From an uncultured bacterium (GTDB taxonomy: Bacteria; Abyssobacteria; SURF-5): DNA of 64,000 bases. The notes under the pieces were generated by a model. That model did not search any database. It worked only from the letters and a program-made list of their open reading frames with translations, and was not told the origin of the DNA. The position numbers and the translations under genes are program-made. The stretch covers positions 15,704 through 79,703 of the forward strand of contig CAZSKP010000006.1 in the NCBI GenBank assembly GCA_964607485.1. Reading direction: 5' to 3'. Positions 56,246-64,000 of this stretch are shown here, piece by piece; the first letter of the stretch is position 1; each line of letters begins with the position of its first letter.

Positions 56246-56869
56246 ATGGCCAGACGGCATAGGATTGAACAAGAGAGGCAGGCGAGGATGGACCTCATCC
56301 TCGATAGCGCCGAGAAACTCTTCATAGAAAAGGGTTACAACGATACTTCCATGAACGACATCGGCGAACGTGCCGATTTCAGCCGTACGTCGGTCTATCA
56401 ATATTTCAGCAGCAAGGAGGAAATATACCTCTGCATCCTCGAGCAGTACAACGAATTGCTCACCGACCGTGTCGCCGAGGCCACCGCCAACGCGCTCACC
56501 ACGCCTGATAAGATCAGGGCCTTTCTCGAAGAGATACGGAAGATGATAAAGGAGAAGCCGAATTTCTTCGGGCTGTATTTCATCCAGAGGCACCAGGTGG
56601 AACCGCGATTGTCTGAGGAACTCAGGGCACGGCTCAATACAGAGCGGAGAAGGCTTGAGAACGTTTTCCGCGATTTCTATCGGGAGGGAGTCGAGAGGGG
56701 CGAGGTCCGCAACATAGGCGTCAAGGATGCCTCGAACCTCTTTTTTGCGCAGATCATGGGCATGATGTTGCTGCACGAGTACTACGGGAAAGAGTTCGAT
56801 GTGACGCTCGACGAACACCTTGATAAGTCGCTTCAACTGTATCTTGAGTTCGTCGAGAAGGTGGATTAA
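56246..56869 (+). CDS. TetR-family transcriptional regulator
   Basis: GAGGAGG RBS; TetR HTH (GYNDTSMNDIGERADFSRTSVYQYFSSKEEIY). Confidence 0.8.
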   Translation: MARRHRIEQERQARMDLILDSAEKLFIEKGYNDTSMNDIGERADFSRTSVYQYFSSKEEIYLCILEQYNELLTDRVAEATANALTTPDKIRAFLEEIRKMIKEKPNFFGLYFIQRHQVEPRLSEELRARLNTERRRLENVFRDFYREGVERGEVRNIGVKDASNLFFAQIMGMMLLHEYYGKEFDVTLDEHLDKSLQLYLEFVEKVD

Positions 56870-56894
56870 CCGGGCAGAGGGGGAGGTAATTGTC

Positions 56895-59363
56895 ATGGAA
56901 CAGGCTGTTGCAGAGATACTATCGCCGCAAGAGGAGAGAATAGAGCGAGGGGAGCCCATCGGGCTTGTCGGCGAGGACGCCCAGAGGAAACGAGCCAGAA
57001 TCCACAAGATGCTGGAAGGTTTCAGGGACAAGCCGATAAGAATGAACCTGGAGAGGGCGCGCCTTCTTACGCAGTCATTCAAAGAAACCGAGGGCCAGCC
57101 GGTGGTGTTGAGGTGGGGCAAGGCCATGGCCCACATATTGCGCAACTTCCCCATTCATATCGACGAGGATGAATTGATCGTGGGCAGCGCCGGACCTCCC
57201 GGACGCTATGCCGTCTTCTTCCCGGAACTGGAGGAAAAGTTCTTCTCGCAGGAAGTCCGTCCGAGCGAACCGGACGAGCCGCTAGCGCTGACGGAGGAAG
57301 ACGTACGAATTATCAACGAGGAGCTCAGACCTTATTGGGAAGGCAAGCAGTATCACACGGCGTACGTGAACGCCCTGCCCGAGGATACCCGCCGCCTGCT
57401 GGAACTGTATTGCATCGTCACCCCCACCGCGACGGCCCGCACAAGCCTGGCATGGAACCACGACTATGAGAAGGTGCTCAAGCGAGGCCTCAGGGGATTC
57501 AAACAGGAGGCCGAGGAGAAGCTGGCCTCGCTCGACCCGCTGAATCCGAAGGACAAGCTGGAGAAAGAACCCTTCCTGAAGGCCGTGATACTTGTCTGCG
57601 ACGCTATTGTCGAGTTCGCCAAGAGATACGCCGAGCTCGCGAGAAGCATGGCCAAAGATGAAGCGGACGAGGAAAGAAAGCGGGAGCTTCTGAACATCGC
57701 CGAGGTCTGCGAATGGGTTCCCGAAAATCCGGCCAGGACGTTTCACGAGGCCGTTCAGTCGCAATGGTTGATTCAGACCGTGTCCCGGCTCGAACAGCGC
57801 ATCGGCGGAACGGTCGGCAACGGAAGGATCGACCAGTACTTCTATCCTTATTATAAGAAAGATATCGAGGAAGGTCGGATTACGAAGGACAAAGCGCTCG
57901 AGCTTATAGAATGCCTGTGGATCGGCATGGCAAAGAACGTCGAGATATACACGGCGCCGGGCAGCCTGTCCTTCACCGATGGGTACGCCCATTGGGAAGC
58001 GACCACGATAGGCGGCGTGACAAAAGAAGGAGAGGACGCGACCAACGAGCTGTCCTACCTGATGCTCGAATCGAAGCGCGAATTCCCCCTCAACTATCCC
58101 GACCTCGCCGCGCGGATACACGCGCAGACACCCGAACCGTTCCTCCACGCAATCGCCGAGACGATAAAGGAAGGTACCGGCTTCCCCAAGCTTTTCTTCG
58201 ACGAAGAGATCATTCCTCTTTTTCTCGCCAAAGGCGGGCAGGTGGAGGAGGCGAACGACTATTGCATATGCGGCTGCACCGAGGCGAAGATGCTGAACCG
58301 TGACGCGGTCTCGACCGGATGCGCCTGGACCAACCTGGGCGCCGTCGTCGAGATGACGCTCAATGACGGCAAGCTGAAACTGTTCGGCGAGCAGCAGATA
58401 GGCGTCAGCACCGGCGACGCGAGAAAGTTCGCCTCGTACGACGACCTTTGGAACGCCTTCTGCCGCCAGGGCGAGAACGTCATGAAGCATACGTTCGTCC
58501 AGCAGTACGTCGCCGATACGCTCAAGTCGCGCTTCATCGCGGCGCCGATGTCGTCGATGCTCCACGACCTCTGCATGAAAGAGTGCAAGGACATGCATTC
58601 GGGTCCAATCGACGGGGCTCTCTACCTCGGGTTCATCGACACGCTCGGCTTTGCCACCGCGATAGATTCGCTGGCCGCCATAAAGAAACTCGTGTTCGAC
58701 GACAAGAAGCTGACGATGGCCGAGCTGCTGGACGCGGTGGACGCCAACTTCGACGGGAAAGAGGCCATAAGGCAGATGTGCCTGAACGCCCCCAAGTACG
58801 GCAACAACGACCCATACGCCGATTCGATAGGCCGCGACATCGAGGAGTTCTTCGTCAAGCTGACCCGCAGGTACAAGTCGGCGTTCGGCGGGGAACTGGA
58901 CATACGATACGTCACCATCACGGCGCATGTGCCGTTCGGAGCCGTGCTGGGCGCGACGCCCGACGGAAGGAAGGCGGGCGAGCCCATAGCCGAGGGTGTC
59001 AGCCCCTCTCAAGGCGCCGACAGGAAGGGGCCGACCGCGAGCCTCGCCTCCATCGCGAAGACCAAGGCGGCGGGCTACAAGGAGCGCGCGGCAAGGCTGC
59101 TGAACATGAAGCTGTCGCCGTCGGCGGTGGCGGGTAAAGATGGCAGCAAGAAACTAATGTCGCTCATGAGGACCGCGTGCGACCTGAAAATGTGGCACCT
59201 GCAGTTCAACATCATCAACAGGGACACGCTCATCGCCGCGCAGAAAGACCCCGAAAAATATCGGGACCTGCTCGTCCGTGTCGCCGGCTACAGCGCGTAC
59301 TTCGTGGACCTGACGCCGCAGCTTCAGGACGAGATAATAAAGAGAACGGAACACAGCTTTTAG
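56895..59363 (+). CDS. Glycyl radical enzyme of the PFL2/glycerol-dehydratase (eliminase) class, substrate unknown
   Basis: Start refined to MEQAVAE (GGGAGG RBS); C-terminal glycine-radical motif RVAGYSAYF; active-site Cys-x-Glu in ICGCTE. Confidence 0.85.
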   Translation: MEQAVAEILSPQEERIERGEPIGLVGEDAQRKRARIHKMLEGFRDKPIRMNLERARLLTQSFKETEGQPVVLRWGKAMAHILRNFPIHIDEDELIVGSAGPPGRYAVFFPELEEKFFSQEVRPSEPDEPLALTEEDVRIINEELRPYWEGKQYHTAYVNALPEDTRRLLELYCIVTPTATARTSLAWNHDYEKVLKRGLRGFKQEAEEKLASLDPLNPKDKLEKEPFLKAVILVCDAIVEFAKRYAELARSMAKDEADEERKRELLNIAEVCEWVPENPARTFHEAVQSQWLIQTVSRLEQRIGGTVGNGRIDQYFYPYYKKDIEEGRITKDKALELIECLWIGMAKNVEIYTAPGSLSFTDGYAHWEATTIGGVTKEGEDATNELSYLMLESKREFPLNYPDLAARIHAQTPEPFLHAIAETIKEGTGFPKLFFDEEIIPLFLAKGGQVEEANDYCICGCTEAKMLNRDAVSTGCAWTNLGAVVEMTLNDGKLKLFGEQQIGVSTGDARKFASYDDLWNAFCRQGENVMKHTFVQQYVADTLKSRFIAAPMSSMLHDLCMKECKDMHSGPIDGALYLGFIDTLGFATAIDSLAAIKKLVFDDKKLTMAELLDAVDANFDGKEAIRQMCLNAPKYGNNDPYADSIGRDIEEFFVKLTRRYKSAFGGELDIRYVTITAHVPFGAVLGATPDGRKAGEPIAEGVSPSQGADRKGPTASLASIAKTKAAGYKERAARLLNMKLSPSAVAGKDGSKKLMSLMRTACDLKMWHLQFNIINRDTLIAAQKDPEKYRDLLVRVAGYSAYFVDLTPQLQDEIIKRTEHSF

Positions 59364-59387
59364 GTATTACTCGGAGCAGTTATTAGT

Positions 59388-59469
59388 GTCATTCTGAGCG
59401 TAGCGAAGAATGTCAGAGATTACGTCAGGTGCGGAGAAAGACGAGATCCTTCACTTCGTTCAGGATGAC
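59388..59469. repeat. Palindromic repeat copy (GTCATTCTGAGCGTAGCGAAGAATGTC ... GAGATCCTTCACTTCGTTCAGGATGAC) between the glycyl radical enzyme and its activase
   Basis: Direct reading. Confidence 0.75.
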
Positions 59470-59560
59470 GAAAGTGGGCAGGGCTGCCAATAGTAAGGCA
59501 GTTCACTGAGGGCATTGAGGAGGTGGGGGCGCACGGCGGTGCGCCCTCGCCGCAATCCGC

Positions 59561-60508
59561 ATGAAACACAGAGCCGAAAACTCCAGCCGTCGAGATGGCG
59601 AGCTTGGACTCGTCTTCAACATACAGAAATTTTCCCTCCACGACGGCTCCGGGATAAGGACACTGGTCTTTCTCAAAGGGTGTCCGTTGACGTGCAAGTG
59701 GTGCTCCAACCCCGAAGGGCAGTCCTATTCACCCGAGCTGGCATACAACGTGAACAAATGCATCGGAATGAATGAGTGTGACAGGTGCATGCGGGTTTGC
59801 AAACCGGGGGCGGTTCGAGAGGGCAGCGACGGAAAGGTGGAGATCGACAGAGAGCTGTGCGATAACTGCGGCAGTTGCGTCGATGTGTGTCCCTCCAAAG
59901 CCCTGGAGCTCTTCGGCAGGCACATGAGCGTGGACGATGTCATCAAGGTTGTCGAGGAGGACAGCGGCTTTTATGCGAGGTCCGGCGGCGGATTGACCCT
60001 CAGTGGCGGAGAGCCGTTGTCGCAGGCCAAGTTTGTCGGCCGGCTGCTCGAGGCGGCCCGCAGCCGGGGCATCGACACGGCGCTGGAGACCTCGGGATAT
60101 TGTGACTGGGAAGACTTGAGATACGCGTGCAGTCTTGCAAATCAAGTCTTCTTCGACATCAAATCAATGGATCCCAAAAAGCACAAAGATGCCGTCGGCG
60201 TCGAAAACGGGTTGATACTGGACAACTTTCGAAGGCTGTGCGAAAGCCTTCCGGATATTCCCATAATCGTACGGACGCCTATCATCCCGGGATTCAACGA
60301 TTCGCCGAACGACATCAGGCTCATAGCAGACCTTATCGGCGCAATGCCGGGCTCACCCAAGCATGAGCTTCTCTCATACCACGGATTCGGCGAGCCCAAG
60401 TATCGACAATTGGGCAAGCAGTATCCACTGCAAGGTCTCAAGCCGCCGCCCGAAGAGCGCATGGCAGTCCTGAGGAGAGTGTTACGCTCGAGCGAATCTC
60501 CCGTGTGA
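59561..60508 (+). CDS. Glycyl-radical enzyme activating enzyme (radical SAM) with two extra ferredoxin-like 4Fe-4S motifs
   Basis: CPLTCKWC radical-SAM cluster motif; CIGMNECDRCMRVC and CDNCGSCVDVCP clusters; SGGEP SAM-binding motif. Confidence 0.85.
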   Translation: MKHRAENSSRRDGELGLVFNIQKFSLHDGSGIRTLVFLKGCPLTCKWCSNPEGQSYSPELAYNVNKCIGMNECDRCMRVCKPGAVREGSDGKVEIDRELCDNCGSCVDVCPSKALELFGRHMSVDDVIKVVEEDSGFYARSGGGLTLSGGEPLSQAKFVGRLLEAARSRGIDTALETSGYCDWEDLRYACSLANQVFFDIKSMDPKKHKDAVGVENGLILDNFRRLCESLPDIPIIVRTPIIPGFNDSPNDIRLIADLIGAMPGSPKHELLSYHGFGEPKYRQLGKQYPLQGLKPPPEERMAVLRRVLRSSESPV

Positions 60509-60611
60509 ATCCATCGGGGCCGGAGGCAACTTTCTCTCTGTGGCGCTTGACTTTAGGACAAGAATTTGTTATCTTTTTGTTACCGGGCGGAAGGGCCCGA
60601 TTCTTTTGATT

Positions 60612-60684
60612 GGGCCGTTAGCTCAACTGGTAGAGCAAGTGACTCTTAATCACTAGGTTCGGGGTTCGAGTCCCTGACGGCTCA
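60612..60684 (+). tRNA. tRNA-Lys (anticodon CUU)
   Basis: Cloverleaf folded by hand: 7-bp acceptor, anticodon stem AGTGA/TCACT with loop CTCTTAA, T-arm CGGGGTTCGAGTCCCTG. Confidence 0.8.
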
Positions 60685-60689
60685 CACGG

Positions 60690-60772
60690 GGGCGGGTGGC
60701 GGAATCTGGCAGACGCGCATGACTTAGGATCATGTACCATGTGGTGTGCGGGTTCAAATCCCGCCCCGCCCA
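60690..60772 (+). tRNA. tRNA-Leu (anticodon UAG), long-variable-arm type II tRNA
   Basis: Strong resemblance to canonical tRNA-Leu (TGGCGGAATCTGGCAGACGCGC D-arm); anticodon loop CTTAGGA; acceptor GGGCGGG/CCCGCCC. Confidence 0.75.
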
Positions 60773-60817
60773 CCGCCTCGCCTCACCGGGCATCACATTC
60801 CTACAGGGGGAATTCAC

Positions 60818-62158
60818 GTGAAAGTCAGTGTGGAAAAACCGTCAAGCTACCAGAGGGTCCTGACGATTGAGGTCCCTTCTGAGACGGTTGACGCAGAAAT
60901 TGAGAACATCTATTCCAGAATTGATAAGACGGCCACCCATCCAGGCTTCCGAAAGGGAAAAGTCCCTCGAAAGATAATCGAGAAAAAGTTTGGTAAATCG
61001 GTCCGCCTGGAGGCGGTCGAGTCCACTGTCTCTTCTTCTCTCAAAAAAGCGCTGGAAGAGCAGAAGCTTACTCCTCTGACCGACCCCGATTTCGACGACG
61101 TCAAGTTCGAAGACGAGGGACCGCTTTCGTTCAAGGCGACGATAGAGATCGAGCCGACGGTCGAGCTGGGCGACTACAAGGAACTCGAGCTGAAATGCCC
61201 GAAGGCCGAGGTTACCGACGAAGATGTCGCAAGGGTTCTCGAAAGGCTGCGTCTAAACAATGCCAAGTACACTCCGGCGGAACGATCCGTTGAGAAAGGC
61301 GATATTGTCATAATCGATTTCGAGGGCTTCAAGGACGGCAAACCCGTGAAGGGCGTGAAGGCCGAAAACTTCCCATTGGAGGTGGGCTCCAACGTCTTCG
61401 GGGAGGATTTCGAGAATGAGCTCGTGGGAGCGGGCAAGGATAATAAGAAGCAGATCACTGTCGCGTATCCCGAGGATTTTCGCACGAAGGAGCTGGCCGG
61501 CAAGGAGATAACGTTCGCGGTGACGGTGAAGGATGTCAAGGTGAGGCAGCTCCCCGACTTGGACGACGACTTTGCGAAGGACCTCGGCGAATACGATACA
61601 CTCGATAAGCTGAAGCAGCACGTGCGCGAGAACCTCGAAAAGGACTTACGGAAGCGCATCGACCATTTTGTGCGTGAGCAGGCCCTGATGAAAGTTGTGA
61701 CCGATTCGAAGGCGGAGATACCGCCCAAATTGAGGTCGAAAGTGGCCGCCTCCATATTCGAGGAAGAAGTAAAAAAACTGGCGTACCGTGGCGCCGACCG
61801 CGAGGCCCTGACCGCAGAACGTGACAAGATAGCGGAGTTCGCCGAAGCCGAGGCCGCGCGCCAGTTGAAGGTGACCTTTGTGACCGACGCAATAGCCCGG
61901 CAGGAGAACCTGGACGTCTCCGATGAGGAGCTGAATCAAAGCCTGGAGGAGACCATCAAGGAGTCGGAGCAGACCGACCCCCGTGTAAGGAGCTATTTGA
62001 ACAGTGAGCGCGTGCGCGAACGCTACCGGGAGCAGCTACGGGTCGGGAAGATATTGGATTTTATCGTGAGCAGTGCTAAAATAGAAGAGGTCGATCAGGC
62101 GGCGGGCGGAGCTGCGTCCGCGCCGACCCCTGGCGGAGAAGAAGAAGGAGAAAGTTAG
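60818..62158 (+). CDS. tig: Trigger factor
   Basis: GTG start (VKVSVEK) behind AGGGGG; the ORF-track ATG at 60746 lies inside tRNA-Leu; PPIase middle domain; conserved tig-clpP-clpX order. Confidence 0.8.
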   Translation: MKVSVEKPSSYQRVLTIEVPSETVDAEIENIYSRIDKTATHPGFRKGKVPRKIIEKKFGKSVRLEAVESTVSSSLKKALEEQKLTPLTDPDFDDVKFEDEGPLSFKATIEIEPTVELGDYKELELKCPKAEVTDEDVARVLERLRLNNAKYTPAERSVEKGDIVIIDFEGFKDGKPVKGVKAENFPLEVGSNVFGEDFENELVGAGKDNKKQITVAYPEDFRTKELAGKEITFAVTVKDVKVRQLPDLDDDFAKDLGEYDTLDKLKQHVRENLEKDLRKRIDHFVREQALMKVVTDSKAEIPPKLRSKVAASIFEEEVKKLAYRGADREALTAERDKIAEFAEAEAARQLKVTFVTDAIARQENLDVSDEELNQSLEETIKESEQTDPRVRSYLNSERVRERYREQLRVGKILDFIVSSAKIEEVDQAAGGAASAPTPGGEEEGES

Positions 62159-62161
62159 AAA

Positions 62162-62758
62162 ATGCCCCTCATCATACCAAGGATTGTCGAACAGGACGCA
62201 CGAGGCGAAAAGGGCTGGGACATAATCTCTCGCCTGCTCAAAGACCGCATCATCTTCATCGGCGAGGCGATCGACGAGTGGGTGTCTCAGTTGATAATAG
62301 CCCAGCTCCTGTATCTCGAGGCGGAGGACCCTGAGAAAGACATATACGTTTACATCAACAGCCCCGGCGGCTACGTCACGGCGGGCCTGGCGATATACGA
62401 CACGATGCAATACATACGCGCGAACATTTCAACGATCTGCATCGGCCAGGCGGCGAGTCTGGGCGCGCTGTTGCTGTGCGCCGGCACCAAGGGCAAACGG
62501 TTCGCGCTTCCTTATGCGCGAATTCTCATACATCAGCCGCTCGGCGGAGCCCACGGTCAGGCGACCGACATCGAGATTCAGGCCAAGGAGATTCTGAAGG
62601 TCAGAGAGATCATCAACGAGATTCTCGTCAGACACACGGGCCAATCGCCGGAGAAGATTCGGCAGGATACGGAGCGGGACTATTACATGTCCGCCGAGGA
62701 AGCCAGGGCATACGGCATCGTCGATGAGGTGCTCGTCAAGAACATCGATACTAAATAG
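62162..62758 (+). CDS. clpP: ATP-dependent Clp protease proteolytic subunit
   Basis: Catalytic triad context [16 protein letters not shown] and D; near-canonical ClpP sequence. Confidence 0.95.
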   Translation: MPLIIPRIVEQDARGEKGWDIISRLLKDRIIFIGEAIDEWVSQLIIAQLLYLEAEDPEKDIYVYINSPGGYVTAGLAIYDTMQYIRANISTICIGQAASLGALLLCAGTKGKRFALPYARILIHQPLGGAHGQATDIEIQAKEILKVREIINEILVRHTGQSPEKIRQDTERDYYMSAEEARAYGIVDEVLVKNIDTK

Positions 62759-62772
62759 GCGGGGGATGTCAG

Positions 62773-64000
62773 ATGGTGTTTAATTACGGCGAGGGCAGCG
62801 ACGTGCCCACCTGTTCGTTCTGCGGGAAGAGACAGGACGAGGTGAAGAAGCTGATCGCAGGCCCCATGGTGTACATCTGCGACGAGTGCGTGGAACTGTG
62901 CGGGGAAATGCTTGAGGGCGAGGCCCGCGTCGCTCCCGCCGCGCAGCGTCCGAAAGTTCCAAAGCCGAAGGAAATCAAGAAGATTCTCGACGAATATGTC
63001 ATCGGCCAGGAACGCGCGAAAAAAATCCTCTCCGTCGCGGTTCACAATCATTATAAGCGGATTGAGTTCGACCTAGACGACGACGTCGAACTGCAGAAGA
63101 GCAACGTTCTTCTGGTCGGACCCACGGGGTCGGGCAAGACACTGCTCGCGCAGACTCTGGCCCGTATTCTCGACGTGCCGTTCGCCATCGCCGATGCAAC
63201 CACGCTCACCGAGGCGGGGTACGTGGGCGAGGATGTGGAGAACATCATCCTGAAACTTCTCCAGAACGCCGACTACGACCCCGAACAGGCCGAGGTGGGA
63301 ATCGTCTACGTCGATGAAATAGACAAGATAGCCCGGAAGAACGAGAACGTGTCCATCACCCGCGATGTCTCCGGCGAAGGAGTGCAGCAGGCGCTTCTGA
63401 AGATACTCGAAGGCACGATAGCGAACGTGCCCCCACAGGGCGGGCGCAAGCATCCTCAGCAGGAATACATTCAGGTGGATACCACCAACGTTCTCTTCAT
63501 CTGCGGCGGCGCGTTCGTCGGCGTTGAAAAGATGATCGAGTCGCGGCTGGGCAAGAACGCCATCGGCTTCGGCGCCGAGCCCCGGCCGCGCCAGAAGGGG
63601 CGGGTGGGCGAAATCCTGAAGCACATTCAGCCCGAGGATTTGCTGAAGTACGGAATGATACCGGAATTCGTCGGCCGTATTCCGGTCATTGCCACGTTCG
63701 ATGAACTTTGCGAAGACGACCTGATTCGCATCCTGCAAGAGCCGAAGAACGCGCTTGTGAAACAATACGAAAAATTTTTCGGGATCGAAAACGTCAAGCT
63801 GACTTTCACCGATGACGCATTGGTCGAAATCGCGCGCCAGGCCATCGCGCGCAAGAGCGGCGCCCGGGGCCTCCGCGCCATCATGGAGGAGGTCATGCTC
63901 GACATAATGTATGAGACTCCTTCAAAGAGCGATGTTCGAGAATGCATCATCACCGCCGCGGTTGTACGAAAACAGGAAGAGCCCAGGCTCGTGCACGTGA
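62773..64000 (+). CDS. clpX: ATP-dependent Clp protease ATP-binding subunit ClpX (3' end truncated by the window edge)
   Basis: Manual translation: N-terminal zinc-binding CSFCGK...CDEC; Walker [14 protein letters not shown]; Walker [11 protein letters not shown]; the frame stays open to the window end. Confidence 0.9.
   Translation, partial: MVFNYGEGSDVPTCSFCGKRQDEVKKLIAGPMVYICDECVELCGEMLEGEARVAPAAQRPKVPKPKEIKKILDEYVIGQERAKKILSVAVHNHYKRIEFDLDDDVELQKSNVLLVGPTGSGKTLLAQTLARILDVPFAIADATTLTEAGYVGEDVENIILKLLQNADYDPEQAEVGIVYVDEIDKIARKNENVSITRDVSGEGVQQALLKILEGTIANVPPQGGRKHPQQEYIQVDTTNVLFICGGAFVGVEKMIESRLGKNAIGFGAEPRPRQKGRVGEILKHIQPEDLLKYGMIPEFVGRIPVIATFDELCEDDLIRILQEPKNALVKQYEKFFGIENVKLTFTDDALVEIARQAIARKSGARGLRAIMEEVMLDIMYETPSKSDVRECIITAAVVRKQEEPRLVHV

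Noticed and set aside
57282-59012. 576-aa minus-strand ORF
   Set aside because: Antisense of the glycyl radical enzyme gene.
60746-60817. ATG start proposed by the ORF track for trigger factor
   Set aside because: It lies inside tRNA-Leu (60690-60772). The GTG at 60818 with an upstream AGGGGG gives the canonical tig N-terminus.

Overview
Gene-dense 64-kb chromosomal segment, about 60% GC, with no rRNA genes, CRISPR arrays or obvious transposases. A DUF1559 (H-X9-DG) protein, a sulfatase-family gene and GspG-type pseudopilins suggest a PVC/Planctomycetota-like bacterium, though this cannot be confirmed without searches. All calls below come from reading the sequence and the ORF track; no database was searched, so family assignments rest on motifs I recognise.

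In order along the window:
- Minus-strand metabolic block at 0.4-7.7 kb: polyprenyl-PP synthase, Lpd, and two class-III aminotransferases flanking a BKACE (Kce-like) enzyme and a VOC protein.
- Second block at 7.8-12.3 kb: secreted SMP-30-like propeller, cupin, amidohydrolase-2, two SDRs and a MaoC hydratase.
- OMP-amt-glnK operon at 12.9-15.4 kb.
- nifU-like/nifS pair (16.0-17.7 kb), then a NarI/DsrM-like membrane haem protein and an HdrD/DsrK-like CCG Fe-S subunit (18.3-20.9 kb) behind a 620-nt leader, followed by a lone receiver protein.
- Low-GC island at 23.1-25.3 kb carrying a beta-class DNA methyltransferase that overlaps a putative restriction-enzyme gene by 4 nt.
- Minus-strand operon at 27.1-31.9 kb: HTH/Zn-ribbon regulator, zinc-ribbon/TM/VIT/VWA giant protein, DUF1559 protein and membrane C39-like peptidase.
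- TetR-HlyD-ABC (ybhGFSR-like) efflux locus, a CDF transporter, and a Thr-type sulfatase-family/LtaS-like enzyme (32.3-40.5 kb).
- Near-complete type II secretion-like cluster at 41.9-54.3 kb: three GspG paralogs, E, F, an L-like PilM/N fusion, M-like, C/PilP-like, secretin D, and ExeA/ExeB-like genes. It sits behind a candidate sigma-54 promoter and is followed directly by an HDOD-GGDEF diguanylate cyclase.
- TetR-regulated glycyl-radical eliminase plus its activase (56.2-60.5 kb).
- tRNA-Lys, tRNA-Leu, then tig-clpP-clpX (clpX truncated at the window end).

Two repeat signals stand out. A family of about 25-nt palindromic elements (GTCATYCTGAGCGWAGCGAAGRATCT core) occurs at least six times, three of them inside operons. 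A perfect 27-bp inverted repeat at 26.2 kb encloses the start codon of the enoyl-CoA hydratase.
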